Assembly: GCA_024875585.1 (NCBI GenBank)
Contig: GCA_024875585.1_4107.1
Direction: 5' to 3' (one strand)
Length of the DNA: 64,000 nt
Origin: a phage
In this document: piece after piece, positions 7,222 through 14,390 of the stretch
Position numbering within the stretch: position 1 is the first letter of the stretch
How the letters are laid out: each line of letters opens with the position of its first letter
Position numbers and translations under genes: made by a program
The notes under the pieces: model-generated
What the model was told of the DNA's origin: nothing
What the model saw: only the letters and a program-made list of their open reading frames with translations
The model's database searches: none

Positions 7222-7545
7222 ATGACTATGATCCTTGCCCAGAAAGTAGAACTGAAAATTGTAACTTCCTTTGACATTAAAGTTAATCGCTGGACTGATC
7301 GGAACGGTAATACTTACCACTCTTGCTACGTGTCTGCATTGATTGGTGATCGTTGGGAAGACTTGGGACACGAAACCTTTACATACGGTTATGGTACGCA
7401 AGGCGAATACACTGGTTTGGAGATCATTAAAGAAACCGTTATAGGTTTCAACCCGAAAGAAAAAGTTATTCACCGCATCGAAAAAGAGATTAACAAAGAA
7501 ATAACAGTTCGCTACTACGATGTAAAACGTAAGAAAGACATGTAA
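7222..7545 (+). CDS. hypothetical protein (107 aa); paralog of 1181..1525
   Basis: ORF+SD; FTYGYG and C-terminal VKRKKD shared. Confidence 0.7.
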   Translation: MTMILAQKVELKIVTSFDIKVNRWTDRNGNTYHSCYVSALIGDRWEDLGHETFTYGYGTQGEYTGLEIIKETVIGFNPKEKVIHRIEKEINKEITVRYYDVKRKKDM

Positions 7546-7567
7546 TAGAATCCATTTAAAGTACTAT

Positions 7568-7596
7568 TTGACATTACACAGATAGTACTTTATAAT
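7568..7596 (+). promoter_or_regulatory. sigma70-type promoter
   Basis: TTGACA-N17-TATAAT. Confidence 0.55.
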
Positions 7597-7640
7597 AGAC
7601 TCTAACTTGTAGTACTAACTTAACTAATAGGATGTATACC

Positions 7641-8036
7641 ATGATTACTAAATTCTACGCTACCCGTGAAGCTGCCCGTATTGTTGCACGCGAGGAAGGA
7701 GCGGCATTTAAAGACATGGGCAAAGATGCACCGAAAGGCCAACGCTGGAGCGTACAGTTCAAAGAAATCTCTGATATTGTGAATTCACCTGAACCAGTAC
7801 TGACAGCAGCAGAACAGAAGAAAGCTGATGAACTGGCGGCAATTCTTAACGCTCAAGATGAATTCGTCGAGGGTGCTGATATCCAGGTTGTAGTAAATTC
7901 GAATGCATGGACTCACGCGGATCATCTGGCTAACCTGAAGCGTCCAAGCGTACTGATTCGCAACCAGAAAGAGATCCGTCATGACCGTAAGGGTAATCGT
8001 GTAACAGTATACAGTAAACGCCGCCAGGTTATCTAA
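7641..8036 (+). CDS. hypothetical protein (131 aa), GC-richer than neighbours
   Basis: ORF; start ATG 7641 or 7632; host-like codon usage by eye. Confidence 0.6.
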   Translation: MITKFYATREAARIVAREEGAAFKDMGKDAPKGQRWSVQFKEISDIVNSPEPVLTAAEQKKADELAAILNAQDEFVEGADIQVVVNSNAWTHADHLANLKRPSVLIRNQKEIRHDRKGNRVTVYSKRRQVI

Positions 8037-8058
8037 TAACTTGCAGTTCTAACAACAC

Positions 8059-8083
8059 GGCGGGATCTGTTCCCGCCTTTTTT
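8059..8083 (+). terminator. rho-independent terminator
   Basis: GGCGGGA-TCTGT-TCCCGCC then TTTTTT. Confidence 0.75.
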
Positions 8084-8098
8084 ACAGGATAAACTAAA

Positions 8099-8353
8099 AT
8101 GATTAAGGTAAAACTATCTAAAGATAATATCTTGCGGGTACACTATAAAGCCCCTCAGAGAATCATCACAAAGGCCGTACAGCTTGCGAATGAGTTTATT
8201 AATGGTAATCTATTACCTAGGAAGTTAAGCAACGGAAAACTGCGTGTAATCGATGTAGACACTAACAACAGAATAGTAATAGAGAATACCGGAAAGATAA
8301 ACCTATATGAACACCAACAATATAATAAGAAAATAAAACTAATTAGTCGTTGA
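8099..8353 (+). CDS. hypothetical protein (84 aa)
   Basis: ORF+SD AGGATAAACTAAA. Confidence 0.65.
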   Translation: MIKVKLSKDNILRVHYKAPQRIITKAVQLANEFINGNLLPRKLSNGKLRVIDVDTNNRIVIENTGKINLYEHQQYNKKIKLISR

Positions 8354-8378
8354 CAGTACTCAAATGTTTTAGTACTAT
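8350..8378 (+). promoter_or_regulatory. sigma70-type promoter (TTGACAGTACTCAAAT...TACTAT)
   Basis: TTGACA-N17-TACTAT. Confidence 0.5.
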
Positions 8379-8407
8379 ATATCTATACCAACACGGAGAG
8401 AAACAAA

Positions 8408-8626
8408 ATGAAATTATCTAAAATCGAAAAGAAAACTATTGACGTAGCTATCCAACATGGTTACACATTTCGTAATGATTTACATTTTACCAATTTTCAA
8501 CAAGGGTATCGTACTATTAAAAAACTAATTGACAAAGGTTTATTAGTTAAAGTAGACAACGGCAACGGCGTTGAATATCAACCAACACAGGACGCATTTA
8601 ATTTTAAGAAATATAATATTATCTAA
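8408..8626 (+). CDS. hypothetical protein (72 aa)
   Basis: ORF+SD CGGAGAGAAACA. Confidence 0.65.
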   Translation: MKLSKIEKKTIDVAIQHGYTFRNDLHFTNFQQGYRTIKKLIDKGLLVKVDNGNGVEYQPTQDAFNFKKYNII

Positions 8627-8655
8627 TTGACAGTACTCAAATATTTTAGTACTAT
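8627..8655 (+). promoter_or_regulatory. sigma70-type promoter (copy of 8350 module)
   Basis: TTGACAGTACTCAAAT...TACTAT. Confidence 0.5.
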
Positions 8656-8682
8656 ATCTATACCAACACAGGAAAAAACAAA

Positions 8683-9267
8683 ATGCGTAATTATACTAAA
8701 TTCATCCGTACACTGTCAGAAATGGAAACCAACAAAGAGATCTTGACAGCTTGTCGGTTAGCTGGTCTGGAGATCATCGGTGCGGGGTCTTCCCGTATTG
8801 TATTCGCTTTAAATGATCGGTTAGTGATTAAGGTCGCGAATTGTGATGCAGGTGTAGAACAAAATGAAACAGAATGTAAAGTATGGAATTTTTTAGATTA
8901 TGACCGCCCTCAGTTGAAACAGTTCTTTGCTAAAGTACATATGCATTTAAGCGATCCTGATAATATGTTTATTGTTATGGATCGGTTGAGTACTGCAAGT
9001 AAAGGCAGTGTAAAGCACGTTAATGCGTGCAACGAATTAAAGTACAATATTAAACGTAATGCCATTGAACGCCAACACCGCTTTGCTGATGCACTACAAC
9101 ACGTAGATGATACATTATCAACACTAACGATTAGAGATATCAGAAAACAGAATATCGGCCAGGATCGAAATGGACTGATTAAAGTACTTGATTATGGTTT
9201 AACCCGCAATATCTGGAATCAGTACTATAAAAAGCGTGATGTAGCAGCAAGTAAGGTAACACGATAA
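8683..9267 (+). CDS. putative protein kinase-like protein (194 aa)
   Basis: IGAGSSRIVF...VIKVA (Gly-loop + Lys), RDIRKQNIG (catalytic-loop-like), LDYGL (DFG-like); from memory, unverified. Confidence 0.4.
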   Translation: MRNYTKFIRTLSEMETNKEILTACRLAGLEIIGAGSSRIVFALNDRLVIKVANCDAGVEQNETECKVWNFLDYDRPQLKQFFAKVHMHLSDPDNMFIVMDRLSTASKGSVKHVNACNELKYNIKRNAIERQHRFADALQHVDDTLSTLTIRDIRKQNIGQDRNGLIKVLDYGLTRNIWNQYYKKRDVAASKVTR

Positions 9268-9274
9268 AAAAGAT

Positions 9275-9372
9275 TAAAAAAGGGATTGACTCCGGTCAGT
9301 CCCTTTGCTATTATATATTCATTGAGAGATAACTCACTGACCCATAGGGTGCGGGAGTGTATCTATTATATA
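9275..9372 (+). repeat. repeated intergenic element copy 3
   Basis: hairpin GGGATTGAC-TCCG-GTCAGTCCC + conserved tail. Confidence 0.65.
9282..9307 (+). terminator. rho-independent terminator
   Basis: stem + TTTG. Confidence 0.55.
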
Positions 9373-9407
9373 AGTATTGAGTACTGAAAACTATTTTTAA
9401 AAAGTAC

Positions 9408-9435
9408 TTGCAATGTACTTAGAATCAAGTATAAT
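9408..9435 (+). promoter_or_regulatory. sigma70-type promoter, class I
   Basis: TTGCAA / TATAAT; leader hairpin 9450-9468. Confidence 0.6.
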
Positions 9436-9489
9436 GTTTTATATCGAGAGGGGGAAATGGTTCTCCCCAATACAATAAGGAATAAAATC

Positions 9490-9711
9490 ATGACTACAAT
9501 GACTTGCATTTACGCTTCCAATCTTCTGAATGATGCGGCCTTTAATGTTGATTCAGAATATCAATGTTATCGGGATGAAAATAAAAAAGTTTTTGTAGTT
9601 GATAATAATGGTTTCCATATTGAATTGCAATCCGGCTTCACTGGCGTTGATGGTAAATCAGTATGGGGCGTACAGGATGATAAAGGTACATATCATTTTA
9701 AACGTAATTAA
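9490..9711 (+). CDS. hypothetical protein (73 aa)
   Basis: start moved from 9457 to ATG after SD TAAGGAATAAAATC. Confidence 0.65.
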   Translation: MTTMTCIYASNLLNDAAFNVDSEYQCYRDENKKVFVVDNNGFHIELQSGFTGVDGKSVWGVQDDKGTYHFKRN

Positions 9712-9714
9712 GTA

Positions 9715-9742
9715 TTGACAAAGTATCTTAGTACTGTATAAT
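9715..9742 (+). promoter_or_regulatory. sigma70-type promoter, class IV
   Basis: TTGACA / TATAAT; two leader hairpins 9763-9804. Confidence 0.6.
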
Positions 9743-9826
9743 AGTTTACATCAAGGGCAACGGGAAGTTTTTAAAACTTCCCTATAGGGAGAATAGATCT
9801 CCCCGATACTAAAAGGAAACAAAAAT

Positions 9827-10099
9827 ATGTCTAGCTACTCCGCTACTATGATCATTAAAGATATGAACGGTAATCCTACTGCTGCTGGTGGATCATTTGG
9901 AAACATTAACTTAGATGGTCGGTTAACCATGCAATCAGCCATCAATGCAGCGAAAGAAGTTTTTAAGAATGAATGCACTGTAAGTAAGCTGGATTATATG
10001 GGATTCGCTATCGAGAAAACTAATCGTTTTGTGAACTACAAAAATCCACTGATGATTGATACCAACCTGAAAGCTAACGAAGTGGAATACTTATTATGA
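9827..10099 (+). CDS. hypothetical protein (90 aa)
   Basis: ORF+SD AAAAGGAAACA. Confidence 0.7.
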   Translation: MSSYSATMIIKDMNGNPTAAGGSFGNINLDGRLTMQSAINAAKEVFKNECTVSKLDYMGFAIEKTNRFVNYKNPLMIDTNLKANEVEYLL

Positions 10100-10287
10100 C
10101 AGTTGAAGAAGTTAAAAAAGTACTGGCAGTTCTACGCTATCATAATCATTGCAAGGTGAAGAATGATCCTGATTATCTTGATTCATCCCTTGAGGAAGAC
10201 ACATTAAACGCAATAAGCTATATGCAAACATTATTAAAACGTATGACCGAAAAGAATAGACCGGACTATATCGGAAATAAAATTTAA
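10096..10287 (+). CDS. hypothetical protein (63 aa)
   Basis: ATGA overlap with upstream gene. Confidence 0.55.
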   Translation: MTVEEVKKVLAVLRYHNHCKVKNDPDYLDSSLEEDTLNAISYMQTLLKRMTEKNRPDYIGNKI

Positions 10288-10294
10288 AAAGTAC

Positions 10295-10322
10295 TTGCAT
10301 TGTAGTTAGATTAACGTATAAT
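10295..10322 (+). promoter_or_regulatory. sigma70-type promoter, class I
   Basis: TTGCAT / TATAAT; leader hairpin 10337-10353. Confidence 0.6.
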
Positions 10323-10373
10323 GTTTTATATCGAGAGGGGAAATGGTTTCCCCTCAAGTCCAGGAGATACACA

Positions 10374-10637
10374 ATGAACACTATCGAAATCACTATCAAT
10401 GCTCACGTATACGACAACGTAGTACTGCAAACTACTATGACCGCTAATGATACCAGAACTTTGCGGAATACTGTTATAAGTGCCGTATGTGCTGCAATTG
10501 GTGATGTATCCCTGGAAAATGCAGAACATATCAACAACGGTTTCACTATGTGCAAACGTGATAACGCAAAACATATCATCGTAGAAGGTTACGGCGGTGT
10601 AGAATATAATCTTTATATGAAAAAAGTACTTGCATAG
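10374..10637 (+). CDS. hypothetical protein (87 aa)
   Basis: ORF+SD CAGGAGATACACA. Confidence 0.7.
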   Translation: MNTIEITINAHVYDNVVLQTTMTANDTRTLRNTVISAVCAAIGDVSLENAEHINNGFTMCKRDNAKHIIVEGYGGVEYNLYMKKVLA

Positions 10638-10657
10638 TAACTAAAACAAAGTATAAT
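10629..10657 (+). promoter_or_regulatory. sigma70-type promoter, class I (overlaps 3' end of previous CDS)
   Basis: TTGCAT / TATAAT; leader hairpin GGGGGAG-ATATC-CTCCCCC. Confidence 0.55.
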
Positions 10658-10704
10658 GTTTTGCATAGGGGGAGATATCCTCCCCCACTAAAAGGAGTAC
10701 TAAA

Positions 10705-10929
10705 ATGGCTAACTTTGATGAACTGATGCGGGAAGTAGCTACCCTGGCAGAAGAGAAGAAATCATTTGATTCTATCTATAACACCTCTTACCGTGATTCA
10801 GTACTGGCATGTAACCAGGATCAAAAAGATGAACTAATCGCCACCTATCATGAAGCGTGGAAGTATTACCGCCAATGGGAGAAAGAAGAAAGTGAGTCTA
10901 CCATTGACGGCCTCAATAATCTAATCTAA
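10705..10929 (+). CDS. hypothetical acidic protein (74 aa)
   Basis: ORF+SD AAAAGGAGTAC. Confidence 0.7.
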   Translation: MANFDELMREVATLAEEKKSFDSIYNTSYRDSVLACNQDQKDELIATYHEAWKYYRQWEKEESESTIDGLNNLI

Positions 10930-10947
10930 AGTTTTATTTCAGTACTA

Positions 10948-10976
10948 TTGACATAGATTGATAGTACTGATATGAT
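10948..10976 (+). promoter_or_regulatory. sigma70-type promoter, class III variant
   Basis: TTGACATAGATTGATAGTACTGA-TATGAT. Confidence 0.55.
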
Positions 10977-11004
10977 AACTTTACTAACTACAAGGGGAAA
11001 CATC

Positions 11005-11262
11005 ATGGAACAATTCACACAATATCGGGTAAATCCTCAAGCTATGGCATACGTAGAAGACCATAAAACGTTACCAGTACAAACACCAATTAAAGGCCAT
11101 ATCTATCGTGCAATGTCATGGAATCCGGCCCAGGATGGCTATAAAACCGTAGCCGTGGGTATGTACTGCGGTAATGGTGAATGGTTTGATCCTAACAATC
11201 CGATTGCACTTGATAGTACTGAAAAAATGAAATGGGCCGACTACATCGAAGATATTTCATAA
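11005..11262 (+). CDS. hypothetical protein (85 aa)
   Basis: start moved from 10972 to ATG after SD CAAGGGGAAACATC. Confidence 0.6.
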   Translation: MEQFTQYRVNPQAMAYVEDHKTLPVQTPIKGHIYRAMSWNPAQDGYKTVAVGMYCGNGEWFDPNNPIALDSTEKMKWADYIEDIS

Positions 11263-11268
11263 AAATTA

Positions 11269-11297
11269 TTTGACAGTACTAACCAGTAATGTATAAT
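11269..11297 (+). promoter_or_regulatory. sigma70-type promoter
   Basis: TTGACA-N17-TATAAT; leader hairpin with covarying GCGGGGG/CTCCCGC. Confidence 0.6.
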
Positions 11298-11352
11298 GTT
11301 TTACATAGAGCGGGGGAATAGTTCTCCCGCCAATAGTTTGGAGTAAAACATT

Positions 11353-11553
11353 ATGTCTATCGCTATCGCCCTGGTCGAAGTACTGAAAGAAGCTAAAGCC
11401 AACCTTATCGATGTACAGATTAAGGAATTGCAAAATGGCTTAATCGGCTGTACTTGTACCGCTGGTGGCCCGTCAGACTATCGGGAATTCGAATCACTTG
11501 AATCGATGGTCCGTTATCTTACAATCATCGTAGAAGATTGGAGAATCATCTAA
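11353..11553 (+). CDS. hypothetical protein (66 aa)
   Basis: ORF+SD TTTGGAGTAAAACATT. Confidence 0.65.
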   Translation: MSIAIALVEVLKEAKANLIDVQIKELQNGLIGCTCTAGGPSDYREFESLESMVRYLTIIVEDWRII

Positions 11554-11564
11554 CAAAAAAAAAG

Positions 11565-11660
11565 AATAAAAAGGGATTGACTCCGGTCAGTCCCTTTGCT
11601 ATTATATACGCATAGACAAAAACTAGCCCACAGGGTGCATAGGTGTATCTAAAATATATA
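11565..11660 (+). repeat. repeated intergenic element copy 4 (diverged tail)
   Basis: same hairpin as copy 3; downstream half partly diverged. Confidence 0.55.
11573..11598 (+). terminator. rho-independent terminator
   Basis: GGGATTGAC-TCCG-GTCAGTCCC + TTTG. Confidence 0.55.
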
Positions 11661-11716
11661 GTTAATAACGGTGAGTAACCATCTGCTGGTGGAGTGAAAA
11701 CTATTAATAAAAAGTA

Positions 11717-11746
11717 TTGACAAAGTATATCAGTACTGCAATAATG
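11717..11746 (+). promoter_or_regulatory. sigma70-type promoter
   Basis: TTGACA, AGTACTG, A/T-rich -10. Confidence 0.45.
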
Positions 11747-11799
11747 TATCTCGTAGGGCGGCAATGGTGCGACGGCCCACAAAGTTAGGAGATACACAA

Positions 11800-12132
11800 A
11801 TGAGTACTTCAATCGCTATCGTTAAAGCTTTCATCCGTACCAACGTTTCATCTGTATTCATTGACGGATTGGATCGGGAAGTAGAATACTCAATCATTAT
11901 CGCACAAACGGCAAACGGTGCTCGGTACATCCTTAATGATAGTGAAGCAAATCACTACTACTTCACTAAAGCCACTGGCTTTAAACGCATCGATGCTGAT
12001 GTAGTATACGCTAAGATGAATAAGCTGGTAGATAAGATTAACACTAAAGGTACTATCGATTTACAGTACTGGACCGAAACCGATCCAGAATATGGATCTC
12101 ACCGCTACCTGAATCCAGGTATTAAAATGTAA
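11800..12132 (+). CDS. hypothetical protein (110 aa)
   Basis: start moved from 11764 to ATG after SD TTAGGAGATACACAA. Confidence 0.65.
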   Translation: MSTSIAIVKAFIRTNVSSVFIDGLDREVEYSIIIAQTANGARYILNDSEANHYYFTKATGFKRIDADVVYAKMNKLVDKINTKGTIDLQYWTETDPEYGSHRYLNPGIKM

Positions 12133-12138
12133 AAAGTA

Positions 12139-12167
12139 CTTGTGTAGCACTTAGATTTAAGTATAAT
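12139..12167 (+). promoter_or_regulatory. sigma70-type promoter, class I
   Basis: TTGTGT / TATAAT; leader hairpin 12182-12200. Confidence 0.6.
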
Positions 12168-12221
12168 GTTTTTCATAGAGAGGGGGAAATGGTTCTCCCT
12201 CATAAATTAAGGAGTTTTATC

Positions 12222-12623
12222 ATGACCTTCTCAATCACTTCCTTCGCTGACGTTTTAGTACTGGCTCGGACTTTTGGCAAAGCTGGCCTTGAGCACGCTG
12301 TAAGTAATGGTTATATGCACCCGGAATATTGCCGCATTATCGGTAGCTGCAAACGTTGGGCCGTGTCCCGTAATATTGAGATTGAAAACTTCAATGATGG
12401 TAACAACGAATATACAGTTGATGCAGTATTCGAATCCGTTGATCTCGGCGGTATCTATAACACTAACCTGAATGATGTGCGTATCGTTCGCACGGGGTTC
12501 GGTGCTTATGATGTATCTATCCGTGAAGCGATGGACAAGGGATACATTAGCAAGGATCAGTTAGCTTACATTATGCAGCAGACTAAAGAGCGTAATGAAG
12601 CACGCACTATCTTAGGTCTGTAA
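12222..12623 (+). CDS. hypothetical protein (133 aa)
   Basis: start moved from 12189 to ATG after SD TAAGGAGTTTTATC. Confidence 0.65.
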   Translation: MTFSITSFADVLVLARTFGKAGLEHAVSNGYMHPEYCRIIGSCKRWAVSRNIEIENFNDGNNEYTVDAVFESVDLGGIYNTNLNDVRIVRTGFGAYDVSIREAMDKGYISKDQLAYIMQQTKERNEARTILGL

Positions 12624-12648
12624 GCATTACACATCACTAAACATCATA

Positions 12649-12666
12649 GGCCGCTCTCTAGCGGCC
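12649..12666 (+). repeat. palindrome GGCCGCT-CTCT-AGCGGCC
   Basis: perfect 7-bp inverted repeat, GC-rich, no T-tract. Confidence 0.35.
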
Positions 12667-12691
12667 TTAACTATATCAGGAGTACATACAC

Positions 12692-12901
12692 ATGATCTAT
12701 ACAGTATACAGCGTTCTAGGCACTATTGCAGGTGTACACGATAACGTCGATGATACTATGAGTACAGTACTGCAACAGGTTCCACTAAAGCCTAAGACAG
12801 TTAAGAAGATGACCGCACGACTAACCAGGGCGACGGCTGGCGTGGAAGTATGGCAGGACTACGGGGATACACAGGTAATCGTAAGCGTAACGAGGGATTA
12901 A
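12692..12901 (+). CDS. hypothetical protein (69 aa)
   Basis: ORF+SD CAGGAGTACATACAC. Confidence 0.6.
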   Translation: MIYTVYSVLGTIAGVHDNVDDTMSTVLQQVPLKPKTVKKMTARLTRATAGVEVWQDYGDTQVIVSVTRD

Positions 12902-12929
12902 TACGTAAAATGATTTAGTACTGATTCAG

Positions 12930-12995
12930 AAAAAAGTCAAGGCGTTTTTAAAATTATGCGTTAAAAAAATGCATAGGTAATCCCTTGACTTTTTT
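12930..12995 (+). repeat. large inverted repeat AAAAAAGTCAAGG...CCTTGACTTTTTT
   Basis: 13-nt arms ~40 nt apart enclosing smaller palindromes; sits between early module and Family A array. Confidence 0.5.
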
Positions 12996-13150
12996 GAAAT
13001 AAAAGGGATTGGACTATGGCAAAATGCGTAGGGGGGCTAAAGTGCGGGTAACTTAGCGGCTTCGATAAAGGGGTATTACGAATAAAATGTTATTGACTTT
13101 TTATATAAATCGTATAAAATATGATTGATAATAATTTTAAGGGAGTCCCT

Positions 13151-13348
13151 GTGCGTATTTTAACTCAAGCAGAACACCACGAAAGACTTATCAATAACAT
13201 GGCTATGATAATGTATAAGTCCCATGACCGTGGTATTGCCTATAAGCGTGAATTAGTACTGGAACTATTCATTGGAACTAACTTTCAGGAAAGGTATGTC
13301 AACGATTGGATTTGGTATTTAATTGAAGATATAACGAGTAAACTATGA
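13151..13348 (+). CDS. Family A small paralog (LGTNYQE-motif protein)
   Basis: motif FIGTNFQERYV; start set to GTG after SD AAGGGAG (track 13121) by alignment to paralogs. Confidence 0.55.
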   Translation: MRILTQAEHHERLINNMAMIMYKSHDRGIAYKRELVLELFIGTNFQERYVNDWIWYLIEDITSKL

Positions 13349-13539
13349 TCATTTTAAATAAAGAAGAATATCAAGAACTGTTACGTAAAAACTTTGTAAA
13401 GATTTATAATACAGACACACACGTAGAACGAATGGAGTTATACCTTTTGATTACATTGGGAACTAACTATCAGGAAAGATGGGTGATTCAATATATGGAT
13501 ACATTGAAAAATAAAATATTGTCCACGAGGAAACAATGA
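13345..13539 (+). CDS. Family A small paralog
   Basis: LGTNYQERWV; ATGA overlap. Confidence 0.65.
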   Translation: MIILNKEEYQELLRKNFVKIYNTDTHVERMELYLLITLGTNYQERWVIQYMDTLKNKILSTRKQ

Positions 13540-13745
13540 AAACTATAACACGAACCCAATCATACGGACTTATCTTGAAATACATGGACTTAATGGTGGA
13601 TATCAGCAAAGACCTGCCTAAAACTGCAATTGAAGTTGCAAGAGCAGAGATCCGCATGTTGGCTGTACTGAACACAAACCATCAGGAAGAGTATGTTGAC
13701 GATTGGATTCGATTTTTAATAGAAGATATTAAGAGTAAACTATGA
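13536..13745 (+). CDS. Family A small paralog
   Basis: LNTNHQEEYV; ATGA overlap. Confidence 0.65.
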   Translation: MKTITRTQSYGLILKYMDLMVDISKDLPKTAIEVARAEIRMLAVLNTNHQEEYVDDWIRFLIEDIKSKL

Positions 13746-13954
13746 TTATATTAACACCTGAAGAATATAAGAAACGTTTTAATTCTGTCCAGACTGAAAT
13801 ATTACTTATATACCTTTCAAATGCAGATCTTAACTTATCAAGGGTAATGGAGAAGGATTTACTTATGGGTGCATTTTTGGATACAGACTTTCAGGAGTAT
13901 TATGTAGGGGAATACTTTATTGCACTTCAGAACCACATTAAGAGTAAACTATGA
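13742..13954 (+). CDS. Family A small paralog
   Basis: FLDTDFQEYYV; ATGA overlap. Confidence 0.65.
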   Translation: MIILTPEEYKKRFNSVQTEILLIYLSNADLNLSRVMEKDLLMGAFLDTDFQEYYVGEYFIALQNHIKSKL

Positions 13955-14166
13955 TTATTCTAGAAAAATCATATCAATATACTGAACGCATCGCTGCCAG
14001 ACAACTTGAAATCCTCATAATATACGAAGAGACTTCTGATTTAAACTTAGCCGAGGTATTGGAAAATGAAATACTTTTGGGTGCATTCTTGGGAACAGAC
14101 TATCAGGAGTATTATGAGGAAAAGTATTTGTCATCTCTTGAGAAATACGTCAGGAGCAAACTATGA
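13951..14166 (+). CDS. Family A small paralog
   Basis: FLGTDYQEYYE; ATGA overlap. Confidence 0.65.
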   Translation: MIILEKSYQYTERIAARQLEILIIYEETSDLNLAEVLENEILLGAFLGTDYQEYYEEKYLSSLEKYVRSKL

Positions 14167-14390
14167 AACATTTAAGTAATATAGAGAAGAATAAAATTAT
14201 CATTGCTGTAATAAACAAATATTTTACACTTCCACAAAAAGAATGTTTATCTATAAGGGAACACAGGATAAACACCACCGAGATTCGCATGTTGGCTGTA
14301 CTGGGGACTAACTTCCAAGAAGGCTATGTTCATGAGCACATCGTTGCACTCACTAATTACATAATGGACAAATGTAATGAACATCATTAA
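14163..14390 (+). CDS. Family A small paralog
   Basis: LGTNFQEGYV; ATGA overlap. Confidence 0.65.
   Translation: MKHLSNIEKNKIIIAVINKYFTLPQKECLSIREHRINTTEIRMLAVLGTNFQEGYVHEHIVALTNYIMDKCNEHH

Noticed and set aside
2453-12189. Track start codons inside the leader hairpins giving MILP/MVLP N-termini (2453, 5611, 9457, 12189 and similar at 3029, 6911, 10972, 11764)
   Set aside because: These ATGs sit in the hairpin loop upstream of the SD; the ATG 7-9 nt after the SD is the credible start, so the CDS were shortened.
800-12200. Repeated promoter modules separated by 200-400 bp looked superficially like a repeat-spacer (CRISPR-like) array
   Set aside because: The repeats are promoters with -35 and -10 elements, the intervening segments are protein-coding and irregular in length, and there are no short uniform spacers.
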